A DNA stretch of 64,000 bases from Antedon mediterranea (taxonomy: Eukaryota > Animalia > Echinodermata): contig NC_092678.1 of NCBI RefSeq assembly GCF_964355755.1, forward strand, positions 25,623,365 through 25,687,364, given 5' to 3'. This document shows positions 48,545 to 61,497 of the stretch, piece after piece. The translations under genes and the position numbers were made by a program. The notes under the pieces are model-generated. The model made no database searches, was not told where the DNA came from, and saw nothing but the letters and a program-made list of their open reading frames with translations. Numbering within the stretch: the first letter of the stretch is position 1; every line of letters starts with the position of its first letter.

Positions 48545-48924
48545 CCCATAGAGTTATTATTAAAGCTTGGTTCCCACTACGACGTTACGCAACGCTATTG
48601 CTTGCGTTGCGTCGCTAGTGGAAACCATTTTTTAGGAAGCTTTCCATTTGCCACGATCCAATACTTACCGTATGTAAATTATCTCATTTCTCCAAGTCGG
48701 ATATAAAAATCTAAACATCGATTGAAGTAAATACTGCTAGGCGAATTTATTCGCGCGAATGGAAAACGTTGACTAGTACGCACGCGTATTATTATTTTCA
48801 CCTACTTTTTGTGACGTGAAAATTGTGCAACCAATCATAACTCAGGATTGTCGCGCCTCGTGGAAAATATGCTTTATGACGTCGGGAAATTGAAAGCTCC
48901 CTGTTATATATAATAACTCTTGGG
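48545..48924. mobile_element. Small TIR element (cccatagagttattat...ataataactcttggg) with a nested short MITE-B derivative at 48563-48628, in the HMGA 3'UTR
   Basis: An inverted terminal 16-mer enclosing the palindrome ggttcccactacgacg..acgcaa...ttgcgttgcgtcgctagtggaaacc. Confidence 0.6.
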
Positions 48925-49387
48925 TAATCTCTCTGCTAGTTTCCAATGCGTGTGTCTAAAACATCAGATGTACAGACAGTAGGCCTATGTATGATTTTAG
49001 GAAACCAGTCTTTAACCAGAGAAATACTAAAAGATTTAAGATCAATGTGAAAAATGATTTTAAAACTTGTAATATAATCCAATGAACAAAGTCAAATTTA
49101 GATCGAAATTTATAATAATGTATGTGTTTGGACAATTATTACTTGCACTGAAAGAAAGTAGATTTTTAAACCAAAGAATTCTTGTACAGAGTGGTTACAA
49201 AGTATTGTGATAAAAAAATGAAGTAACCAATAATGTTGTATTCGGAAATAAATTGTTAAATTAAGACCGTTCTTAAAACATTAAATTTAACCCTCTTGTT
49301 TGCTAGTTGTGTACATAGTGTATGTTTTTAGTACATAGGCTTTTTTTTTAGCGTTTTCAGCATGTTAAATTAGGATGTCCGCGACGA

Positions 49388-49740
49388 ACTTGGTTCCCAT
49401 ACTAATCGTGCGCGCTGCTTTACCAACGCAACGCGCGAAAAGAACGTCGTCAGCGCAACGTAATTAATTTGACCAATCACGACACGATGGATCGTCTCAA
49501 CTACTATATCGCTCGTGTGATTGGTCAAATTAAGCGTGGTTCCCACTAGCGACGCAACACAAGGACGTAACGCAACGCAAGTGAATTGACCAATTACAAG
49601 CGATGGCTTATTCGCTTGTGATTGCTAACTGTCAATTGGTCAATTCACTTTCGTTGCGTTACGTCCTTGCGTTGCGTCGCTAGTGGGAACCACGCTTTAC
49701 GTTCTAGTGGGAACCAAGCTTTATCGTGTCCTTGCGTTAC
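49388..49740. mobile_element. Nested MITE family B copies
   Basis: A near-perfect palindromic copy aagcgtggttcccactag...ctagtgggaaccacgctt (49532-49697) lies inside an older copy starting cttggttcccatac at 49390. Confidence 0.8.
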
Positions 49741-51807
49741 GTATTGAATTCAAGTCGAAGGACCATTGTCAAACGTAGATTAGATTAGTAATGTTATATC
49801 AAGTTTATTTAATAACCTTTAAATTGTATTTATAGTGTGTGTTTGATTTTTTAAAAGTTGAAAAATTCATTGATTGATTATCTCTTGACGGCCTACTAGG
49901 ATACTTGTAGGTTGTTAAAACCCTGTTCCAGCAGACCACTCAACTGCCTTTATATTTGTTTTCTTTTCTATCACAATTGTTATACAGTATTAAAAGATCT
50001 TTTTGTCAATTTGTTTGTCAGTATTATTAATTAGTTCTCAGTCGCCAATGTTCGGAATCTAAATATTACGATGAACGGCAGACGACAGGAAGGCTACGTA
50101 TAAAATACTGTATCACCACGTGATGCCATATTTATTTATTTAACAACATCTTATACAGGATTACACAATCAGGTAAAAGAAAACCTGTTTTGAATTGTGG
50201 TCATGTCTTAAATACAAAAAAAAATCCGGAATCGAAAATCACGATCTAGCTTTGAATGAAGCAATAATTGTTGGGAAAGTTTAATTTCAGTTGGTAGTTT
50301 ATTGCATATTTTGGCGCCTACAAGTTTGAACGACGAGTTCAACTTACTAATGATTTAGTAGGGTGGCGTTCTACTACGTGTAAAGTGAGTATGAATATCG
50401 CCAACCATAACACAACCTTCTACAGACTTTTGTGATATTGTCGTACAATTTTATTTTATGAAATATTCATGAAATAAAATTAAGTAATATGCGTCCGTGT
50501 TTTTCGGATTAGAGGTGATCGTTGATCCGTGTCAATGAACGCCAAATATGAGGGCACATTCTATCCAATCATTGGTAAATCGATTAATGTGGTTTAATCA
50601 TGTTTTCCACGACGGATTTCCGTCCGACATCATTAATTTGTCGCATTCATTTTGCGTCATATTCCGTGTAAATGTTCACAACGATTTTATTTTTCTCAAT
50701 AAGGTTCAGTAATTTAAATTTCAATGAATGTCGCATGTTTTTTGTATTATTAGTAAATCCATGGAGAATAGATTTTTACTGTGTGCATGCTATCGGCACG
50801 GGGATAGTAATATAGTTCTATGCTATCGGCACGGGGATAGTAATATAGCTCCATGCTATCGGCACGGGGCTATAAGATTAGCTCCGTATCGGGAATGAAA
50901 AAGAAAACCAAAGATGATTGTATCTTTGGTAAAACATAAAGTGCGACCTCAATGTTGTGTTCGTGAAGTTCTTGTTGTTGTCGCGGTTTGTATGTGTGGT
51001 CAGCAACAGTTGATACACTCGTGAGGAGGATACCTCTTCGGTCCTGGCGTACGCCGAGCTTCATAAGGTAATATTCCACTTTTTACTATTAAATTATACA
51101 ATTAAAAAACTATGTGCTTATTTAAGATTAAATGTTTTTGTTTACGACGCGCCTGTTTGTAGTTGTCATGTGTATTTAAGCATGTTTCTGAGGTTCTGTT
51201 CTTTCTTGTGTTGTGTGCGAACTAGCTAGGCAATTCTTGTTACAAAATTCCAAGAAGTGGAAGGCAGTGATGACGTAATATCATACTTTATTAATTCGTT
51301 CTGAATTAAATATTGTTATAACAGGAAGGCGAGCGCTTCCCAAATATTAAACATTAATATTATACATCTACGTACCGTTTGTGCGGTGGACAAAACGGCA
51401 TAATCAATGTGTACAGAAATCCTATATATACTTTATTTAGAGATTAGGTCTACAGGTAAAGGTGTGTGGACAGCATAAAATTAGAAAGTTTGAGATTACA
51501 CAATAAGGGGGTGTAGCCATCATAAAATGCGCGATTAGCAAAGTAAAATCGGGAGAGAGAATCATACATTATTTTTTATTAAAAATAAGGATGGATGGAA
51601 TTAAGATTACACTATTTGAATCAAGATTAAAGAAATTGTATTGGTCCACTAAGATGGAAATTAATTGGCATATTAATTAAGAAAATAAAACTACAAGAAA
51701 ATACATAAAATTGCACAAACGGTATAGGCCAATGTTGAAATACTGTCTCATTTATTTTACCTCGCGGCAGGTAAACCTAGAATTATATATTCTAGGTGAT
51801 CTTTGAG

Positions 51808-54800
51808 ATGTCTATTGGCACCAACATGGAGCTTCATCGACTCATTGCTGAAAGATCTGTGTCAGAACACAGCGCTGAAATGTCATTAAGTTCACTCTCG
51901 TTAAATATTACATCGGATGAGTCTATGAAATCCAGTGATTCACCTGTTGATGTTGCCGTTGAGTTTCCATCATTTCCAAAAAATATTGGAAACAAGTTGC
52001 CTTTAAACATACCAATTGAGAAGAGAAAGAAAATGAATGTTTTAGACATTGTCTTCGAGTTTCCAGATTCCATTACCTGGTCGTCACCAACAAAAACTGT
52101 TGTCGTGGAAAAATCTGAAAATGGCAAACTTGGTATTGCTTTCTATCAAAAACAGGTAAGTTTTACTTTATAGTTATGTTTTCAAGGATAACCCTAAGCA
52201 AATTCATTCACTATCCCTCTTAAAGATCGAAATCCCGTTCACAAGACAACATATACAAAGCCTTATTACAATTCTTTGAGAGTGACATATGACATGGAGT
52301 GGAATTGTGACTTGGGGCGCGTTTATACAACACGCTATTACACGCATATTCTACACGCCTACGAGAAGTGTGTTGTATAACAACAAAGAGATTCCGTGTA
52401 ATGAGATTTTAATTGCAAAAAAGGCTACTTGGCTGAATCCTAAAATTTGGTGGATTCCCGGTTGCCGTTACCGTGTTGGAAGTGTCCTCAGGGTATATTT
52501 TGACCTCTCGTTAAAACAGGTCGTAATATCAATCATGTCATGCAACGTCTAACAAGATTGGGCCCATTTATTGCTGCTTCGCTGCCAGCAATCATCCTCC
52601 TACCACGTCTTACGCCTAGCCTGGTAGGGCCAACTCGTAGTGCTAGTAGGCCTCTATAGACTATCGTTTCCCACTCCAAACAGAATAAAAAATAACATCG
52701 CAAAAATGGCATCTTCTTCCATAGTGTATAGATGAAACAATGAAACCCTTAAAATAACTTTTATTAATTTAAATGAACCGAGAACAAAATAAACAACAAT
52801 GCAAACGTGAACGAATACAATAATGAAAATGGTAAAAACCGCGCGAATACATCGGACAGCGAGGAGGCGACGATGATTTGTTGACAACAACCCAGCCAAC
52901 AATTCAATTCAAGCGATCAACGATTTGACCATCATGATTTGACCTTTTATCCTAGCATGCACTGTGTGTTGATGAAACTTCCGGTACAACACGGTATCGT
53001 GATTTCTAGTATAACAGCAAACGTTAAGGTGGGTTGACCTCGGTCCGAACAACACGCTAAAAATTTAAGCCGTGTTCAAATTTAGGGTGTTGTATAAACA
53101 CGACCTTGGTGACGGTCCTGGCACATGTCAGGATTTTTAATAATTTGTAATAAGTCTGTTTCTTATGATTTAAACAATACTTTTAAAACATTAATGTAGT
53201 AAACTTCAAATCAATGATAATGTACGTTTTTAGGGAAGTTGCCGTTATTATTTCACAATACATAGCATAAAGAGAGATTCGCCAGTTTATGGCAAGTTGA
53301 AGTGTGGAGACTGGATACTCTCTGTTAATGGTAACCCAATGGATTCTGAGAAAAATGTAAGTCTGCACTTTAATTTGTTTTAAGTCCTCAAAAAATTCTA
53401 AATACTTAATAGTTTAATATCAACAAACAATAATTATATAGGTTAGTTTGTGCATGTAGGTATTTTATACCTCCATGGTTTGTGCATGTCTGTGGCGTTG
53501 TTTGTGCATGTAGGTATTTTATACCTCCATGGTTTGTGCATGTCTGTGGCGTTGCTTGTGCATGGAGGTATTTTATACCTCCATGGTTTGTGCATGTCTG
53601 TGGCGTTGCTTGTGCATGTAGGTATTTTATACCTCCATGGTTTGTGCATGTCTGTGGCGTTGCTTGTGCATGTAGGTATTTTATACCTCCATGGTTTGTG
53701 CATGTCTGTGGCGTTGTTTGTGCATGTAGGTATTTTATACCTCCATGGTTTGTGCATGTCTGTGGCGTTGCTTGTGCATGTAGGTATTTTATACCTCCAT
53801 GGTTTGTGCATGTCTGTGGCGTTGCTTGTGCATGTAGGTATTTTAAACCTCCATGGTTTGTGCATGTCTGTGGCGTTGCTTGTGCATGGAGGTATTTTAT
53901 ACCTCCATGGTTTGTGCATGTCTGTGGCGTTGCTTGTGCATGTAGGTATTTTAAACCTCCATGGTTTGTGCATGTCTGTGGCGTTGCTTGTGCATGGAGG
54001 TATTTTATACCTCCATGGTTTGTGCATGTCTGTGGCGTTGCTTGTGCATGTAGGTATTTTTTACCTCCATGGTTTGTGCATGTCTGTGGCGTTGCTGAAT
54101 ATGCCTTTAGTTAGCTTGGACAAAAGACGTTCACAAATTCACTATTAAGTGAAAGTGTGTACCTGTAGATTGGTGAATACATGTTCACTGATGCATGACA
54201 AACTGTGTTTTTGATTGTGAATAGGCCTTTAAAAAAATATTGAATAAAAGGATGATTGAATTACAATACATATTTAGAGGTACTATAAGGTATTTAGTGT
54301 GTCACACATTAGTGGCATAAAGAAAAAATTTAACATACAAAAAGTAATATTTTAATAGAGATTACATTAAAATACATTACTTATGTCAGATTAGTATTTA
54401 ATCTGAAACATTGTAAAATTAATTATATAGTACAGAATTTCAAGTCTATATCTGAAATTAATAAAAGTCACAATTTCTCTCCCATCAAATTTCACGTTTC
54501 CCAGTTTGAAGGAAGTGTATAACCAGGAATACATTCTGGTTTTTTTAACTTTCAATTTTAGAGAGGTTTCTGAGAATTGCAAACTTCTTGAAAAATGAAA
54601 CCATTCTATATTTCGATTGAAATGAATTTCAATATGAATTTCTTAGACTATATTTAACAAAGATGGTCTATTTTATTATTAGACTTATAATATTCTTATG
54701 CTATATTGTTAAAATATTTATAAAAAAAACATTTTTTTTTTATAGGTAAGCAAACTAAGCAGTATTGTGAAAAATACCAGAAATGTAAAATTTATTGTGC

Positions 54801-57800
54801 AAAGTCCTAAAAAATATGATGCATCAAAACTATACCTAGGCGGTACAAATCCTCTTAATCCTCAAAGGCAGAAAAAAGTGGTAAATAAAGAGTCCTGGCT
54901 GGACACCAACATGCCAAATCTTCCTTTCTTGAAACTGTTTGTATTTGGAAAAGAAAGTTCATCCATTACACTATCTCTGATTGGTGCAACAAGCATGTCG
55001 GAGGTAAAACCAACTAATCCTGTAGCAGCTTTGGCATATGCAGATCTGAATCAAGATCATGATTGGTTACGAGTCAAGCATAGTGTTAACTATTTTGCGG
55101 AAGTGTTGGATTCAAGACAAAACTTTGCATTCAGAGGACAATCATTTGGTGGTACATTCCACCAAAATGTTCGTCTAGAAGTCGTTGCGCTTAAGGAAGG
55201 GCACTTAACGGAATCATGTTCCCAAATACTGCTATGTAAACACGCTATTTATGCGATTCAGTTCAGTGTTGAACAGTTTCTTGCGGATTCTGAATCTGTC
55301 CTGGAAACAATCCAAAAACATTTATGTAAAATTAAATGCTATGTATCAACAAAGGTCAGAGTTTATCTGATCGGAACGCAGAATTCTAATATTTCATGCA
55401 ACGTTCACGATATTGGCAGAACGTTACACAACCGATTTTGTGTGTCTTATGGCAATATGTTGCAGTACGATGCGTTGACAAATGCGCCATGTTTCATCGT
55501 GAAGCTCACAAGATATAATCAACGAAAACTGATAAGTGAAAGTTTTGATTCATTCTCTGATAACAATATGTTGTTGGAAATGTATGACGATCATTTTGGC
55601 GAAGACTTTCATCTTTATGACATGCAAGTTGTTAAGAATCATATTTCAAAGGTGGCTCTCAGACAAGGCTTCGTTGATGCTTCGTATCCTTACAGATACC
55701 TACAACTTCATAAGCGTGTTCATGATTTGCGAGATCAAGGATTAAAGTTTCAACTGCAGAACAACTTTATTTTAAATTGCATGGATGTGAATAGTTGCTT
55801 GACGTATCTACATGATTCAGGAGATATCCTTAATACAGGTATTGTTAAATTTAATTTTTTGATGGTCGTAAAAACAATTTTTTTTTTTTTTTTTTTAAGT
55901 TTGTTGGTTAAATTTACAGTATTTTTTTCTTTAAAAAGTATTTTATTTAGTTTCCGATGGCCGTACCTATAAAAATACTGTAAATTTAAACAACAAACTT
56001 TTTTTATTATTTTATTGAATTTCTGATGGCCATACATATAAAAATAGTGTAAATTTAATCAAAGTTTTTAAAGTATTTTATTTAGTTTCCGATGGCCGTA
56101 CATATAAAAATACTGTACATTTTAACCAAACAAAGTTTTTTAAAGTGGAGATTATTTATATCGTGTTACCTGACACAATAGTCATTGTTATGGTGTCTCA
56201 TTGAAGCATGAAAACGTGCCATGCAATGAGTCACTTTATACAGTCTAGTAGTTTTGTAATATTTGTTGAATCTGCTCTCATTTCTATCACAATTTTTAAT
56301 CAATTTCTTGCAGGTAATCTTGTGTTTTCGTCTTCTACTCCAAATGGGTTGATCATGCTTGATCGCCAGCACCTTCTGAGAAACGCTTGCACCATTTCTA
56401 ACGCTCCCCTAGAGTCACTGTGTCATCCGAATTATTACGACGGCTGGCAGAACCTTAAAACGTCCGCTTGTGCTGAAAAGAAATTTCTATCGCAGCTGGT
56501 TGACGGCGTACACAAAGTAGAATTATTAGAATCAATGAATGTAATACATTGCTTGAAAAGAAACGATGTTTGTGGTGCTAATAACAATCATTCTGATGAC
56601 GTTTATTTGGTTCCAATTTATCTCAAACAACATTTCGAGTTGGATCCCTTTCTTAAAAGACAATTCCATCATCAGCTTTGCGTCGACTTCAATGGAATCA
56701 TTCCAGATGGGTTGTTCTTAAGAAGTGCTATTTTAATGATTCAGAAGTTACAACAATCTGATTGGCAATTTCTAAGTCACAATGCACTTCAAGTTAGTAT
56801 GCGAGGGTGTTGTGAGTTTATAATTGAGTCAGACTCTAGGAAAGGAGTTATCAACATCCATGCCACGTAAGTAATAATAATTATAATATTTTTATTCATT
56901 GTTATTTTAATATTGTAAATTCAATCATGGACCTATTTATAAGGTCCATAATTCAACAATGCTTGTTGAAGGTCATATTGTGAGTAATTGTTCTCTGTTT
57001 ACACTATCAAACTGTGCCCAAATATAGTTGTGATATGCCCAAATATGGTAGTGATATGCCCAAATATGGTTGTGATGTGCCCAAATATGGTAGTGATATG
57101 CCCAAATATGGTTTTGATATGCCCAAATATGGTTGTGGTATGCCCAAATATGGTTGTGGTATGCCCAAATATGGTAGTGGTATGCCCAAATATGGTTGTG
57201 ATATGCCCAAATATGGTTGTGGTATGCCCAAATATGGTAGTGACATGGACACATCACATTGGTTTTTTGTTACGACGAACAATAAAACAATAATTTTTGT
57301 TTTATTAGATGGTTTGGAACGTACAGCCCTCTGAATCTCCTAAATCTTGTGACGGAAGTGTTCACTGCCATCTCACCACAACGGACATTGATCGGGCCTC
57401 CGTGCCCGTTGTCATGTGACGAGTGTCACAAAAGGGATGGTGACAACAGGCAAACACATGTCATTGACCTCAGTAAGTACTCAATGTACAATGGTCTGTA
57501 CTGTGGCTCAGAACATATTGACAACGATGAACATGTTGCACCATGGATTCAAAAGAAACCAGCAAACGTGGTAAGTATCATTTATTCAAAAATTTATGTC
57601 TCTGCCACTTATCTTTCCACTGAAAATATTACTATAATCTAATTTTGTTTCAAAGGGTCACAAAACTGACTCACTTTTGATTTGTTTTTAATACTTGTGT
57701 TAAGAATCCAATCTCTTCAATTTTATATTTGTTTGCTTGAATAGATTTGCCAGATTCCTGATAGCACAATGAAATGCCTTAGCTTAAAGACGCGTCTGAT

Positions 57801-58650
57801 GGACCTACCCACAAAGGTTACTAACATCATAGAAGATAACATGAACTATGATGATCCATTGAATCGGAATTGGAAAGGCCTCGCAAGTAAGTACATTATT
57901 TAATTGTTTTAGATATTTGCAATTGTGCTTCTTTTGAATTTTAGTAGGATTATTAAAATCTAATAACAAATATCAGTTTAAAAAAATTTAGATCTGGTTT
58001 GTTTTTGTTGTAAGAAGCCTTTAAGTTGAAATGTAATTACATTGTTTTTATTTTTTACAATTATATTCCATAAACTCTGTCTACACTATCAAATTTTATG
58101 TGACAAAAAATGTGATGTGTCCATATATGGACATGATGATATCACTACCTCATTTGGGCACATCACTACCATATTTGGGCACATCATTACCATACTTGGG
58201 CACATTATACATTTCTAGTTGAATCACAAGACTATTGATTATTATAATGAACTCTGTAACCATAGAATTCCACTCTTGGCATTCTCCCAACAATATGCAA
58301 TGTTATGACCAAATAAAGCCAAAGACAAAAAAAATGGATTTGTATATAAATATAAAAGAAAATAAGGTCATGACAAAAACAGGGAAAATTGTTTAAATAT
58401 ATTTTAAAGTAAATCCAATTAAATCTCTGATCAGAATAATATTGTTGTTTTTACAGGTATACTTGGTTACACTTGCCGAAAAGCAAAAATGCTGGAAAAT
58501 TATCCCAACAAAACGGGTAAATTGTTACAAGACTTCGCCAAACAAGGCGGCGTAACCCTTGGAAAAATGTTTAACCTACTAAAACATGAGGAGCTTCGTA
58601 GGTTTGACATTATTGAGGATATTGAATCATGTTTTGAAATTGTAGATTAA
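51808..58650 (+). CDS. PDZ + degenerate ROC + COR + death-domain protein (ROCO-related), ~904 aa. Exons 51808-52155, 53234-53356, 54746-55838, 56314-56866, 57309-57570, 57745-57886, 58457-58650
   Basis: PDZ: KTVVVEKSENGKLGIAF...IHSIKRDSPVYGKLKCGDWILSVNG. ROC-like strands: LKLFVFG, AIYAIQF, VYLIGT. COR motifs: YPYRYL, CLTYLHDSGDIL, IMLDRQHL, YLVPIYL, FNGIIPDGLFLR. Death domain: RNWKGLASILGY...TGKLLQDF...VTLGKMFNLL...RFDII. Phases are consistent. Confidence 0.8.
53447..54095. repeat. 60-bp intronic minisatellite, ~11 copies
   Basis: Unit ttgtgcatgtaggtattttatacctccatggtttgtgcatgtctgtggcgttgc-type, seen as an exact 20-aa period in the ORF track. Confidence 0.9.
56992..57270. mobile_element. MITE family A copy with its internal 21-bp unit expanded to ~11 copies
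   Basis: ctctgtttacactatcaaact followed by (gcccaaatatggtwgtgrtat)n. Confidence 0.85.
58074..58212. mobile_element. MITE family A copy with 3 internal 21-bp units
   Basis: ctctgtctacactatcaaa...(catcactaccatatttgggca) x3. Confidence 0.75.
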
Positions 58651-59417
58651 TTGTAAATATTAATCGTGTGTGCGCTTGAAATTTGCAATTACGCATGTTG
58701 TGTATTCATGTAAGTGGACAATTACAAACACAATTTTTATGTTTCTCTGTTTTTGTATGTTTTGAAAAACCTTAAACACATTAAGTCGTAACTGGTACAG
58801 TAAGAGTCTGTTTGGATGTAATAATTTACAAAAACCCAACTCATGAGGTGAAATGTCAATTACACCTTAAACAGCAAGTTTATCACCCACAATTACACCT
58901 TAAACAGCAAGTTTATCGCCCACAAGATAAGGAGAAATTTGACCGTACTAGTGTAGAGATGCATGGAATATGACCTTGCTGGGTACATTTTTACAGTAAT
59001 TTACATCATTCGAACATCACTGGTTTAGCTCTCAAGGTATTCCGTAACTGATTTTATGTCTGAACACAGCCTAACTGGTACAGTAACTGTGTTGATTATG
59101 TTTAAACTTACATAATCAACCTTGAAACGTTGACACCTTTGGATTTATTTCACTATATAGCAGTATTTCTATTTGTACAATAATTCTTATGTACAAGAAT
59201 AGTATTGTAAACCACAATCATTCTTATGTACGAGGAGAATAGTATTGTAAACCACTTGAAAACCAGGGCCGTGACCAAATAAATAAAGCTGATTGTGAAA
59301 CACAAAACGTAATATTTTACTAAACCAGGGCATTGAAGAAATGAATAAAGCAGAATACTGTACACAAAACATAGTATTCCACTTCCTCATATTATGGTAA
59401 ATTACTACTGATAAATT

Positions 59418-59975
59418 AAGATCCAGTGTTCATTTAATATGCATAAAACATAGGCCTATTCCCAAAGAGATTATGGGATACTTGTCTATGCTTCCACCCC
59501 AATGAATCCTTGTGATGACCTTTGAAAAAATATGTAAAAGTTAGCATTTACTCAGTTTGCCTAAGTACACCAACTTAGTTTGTATTTGAGTAATGTTTTT
59601 TATTTGGTGTTATTTGTATAAATCCAGTGTTCATTTACATTACTACATAAAACATAGGCTTTACTTCATATAGAACCAAAGGGATGATGGGATACTTGTC
59701 TATGCTTTCACCCCAAAGAATCCTTGTGATGACATTACAAAAATATGTACATTTGAAAGTTAGCATTTACTCAGTTTGACTAAGTACACCGACTTAGTTT
59801 GTAATTGAGAATGTTTATAATTTGGTATTATTTGTATAAAATCAGTGTTCATTACATAAAACATAGGCTTTACTTTATAAAGAACCAAAGGGATGATGGG
59901 ATACAGATCTTCTACCCCAAAGAATGTGTACATAAAGTTAACATTTACTCAGTTTGACTAAGTACACAAACTTAG
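59418..59975. repeat. Diverged ~190-bp tandem triplication downstream of the death-domain gene
   Basis: cagtgttcatt...cataaaacataggc...atgggatac...ccccaa.gaat...aagttagcatttactcagtttg.ctaagtacac..acttagt occurs three times. Confidence 0.85.
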
Positions 59976-60654
59976 TAATAATAATAATATGAACATCACA
60001 GGCACAGAATAAATTCTAAACCACCAGTGATATACTAAAATTTAATTAAGTTGAAACGATAAAGATGAGGAAATCTGTGAGAATGAGAAAAAGTCGCCCA
60101 ATATATATTGACGTTCTATTTCGCATCTGAAGTAAAAATCAGTATTTAAAATGTTGTGGTAGTCGGAAAACATCGTATTGGTAAAATGTTGTGGTAGTCG
60201 GAAAACATCGTATTGGTAAAATGTTGTGGTAGTCGGAAAACATCATATTGGTAAAATGTTGTTTCTAAAAATAGAGCATGTAACTTTGTAATCGGGAGAC
60301 ACTACTGTTGCGGCGCAATTGATTTTATCAATTTCATGAATTTTTTTTTTACCAGAGCATTAGTATTATACTATGAGTGTGTTTTTTTTATATATCTGGT
60401 GCCATTTACATCCATAGAACCAATTCAGTATACAATTCTTTTGTTGTATACAGTGTTATTTGTGGAATAAACTGAAAGTATTGCGCAAGGTGTGCCAGTG
60501 CAGTGTTAGTAGTACTTCCTGAGGAAATTCCAGTTTAAACATTATTACCTTCCTATCCTATAGAAGTTGTGTTGGTTCATTGTTTGCCCAAAACAAAATG
60601 AATGCATGTTTATTCAATGAATGAAATTTTGATGATAAAATATTTACTACTGTA

Positions 60655-61010
60655 AACTTAACTTATTTTTTTTGAAATGGGGTAAGTTTAATTCACAAAA
60701 TGGGGCGTACTTAATTCGCAAAATTGGGTGGGCTGATTCACAAAATGGGGTAAACTTAAATCTCAAAATGGGGTAAACTTAAATCTGAGTCAAAATGGGA
60801 TAGACTTATTCTCAAAATGGGGTGAAATTGAATCTGAGTCAAAATGGGGTGAAATTGAATCTCAAAACAGGATGGACTTTCCCAAATTCCCTTATTCTCA
60901 AGATGGGGTAGATTATAATTCTCAAAATTGGATATTAATCTCAAAATTGGATGAGCTTAATTCGCAAAATGAGATGGGTTTGAATCATAAAATGGTGTGG
61001 GCTTACTCTA
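60655..61010. repeat. Degenerate ~21-bp tandem array (aaaatggggtaaacttaatctc-like)
   Basis: Recurring caaaatgggg core at roughly 21-25 bp spacing. Confidence 0.75.
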
Positions 61011-61497
61011 ACATCAGTACAGACAAAATATAATAGGCCAACTGCTTTCAAATTTGTTTATTTAAAAAGCTAACATATAACAAAGCCTTGTGCACATAAA
61101 ATATATTGTAAATATTATGTACAGAAATAAATAAATTGTAAAATAAACTAATACTACGCAACTACAACAGAGAAGGTATAATATATACTAATTTTTATTT
61201 GTACACAGTGTGTTATTTATGTGCTGTTTTACTGCATGTTATATGTAAATTCAAGACTTATTGAATATGAAAATAAATTGTGTACATTCTGCATTTAATG
61301 TGCAAACATTTGTCATATAAATTATTCTTTTACTCTTCTATTATATTGGATGTTTAACCGTTGTATTTTTATGCGAAACAAGTTAAACCACAATTTTATT
61401 CTGATAAGCTGCAATGTAACTCCAATAAGCTGCAATGTAACTCCGATAAGCTGCAATGTAACTCCAATAAAGATTTAAAAGCGTGTAAACAAAGCTT

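Noticed and set aside
53443-54148. Three long overlapping repetitive ORFs (194-232 aa)
   Set aside because: They result from a stop-free 60-bp minisatellite inside an intron; the flanking exons join in frame without them.
56973-57334. Repetitive ORFs such as (MPKYGCD)n and (YHNHIWA)n
   Set aside because: They are translations of the expanded 21-bp MITE unit in an intron.
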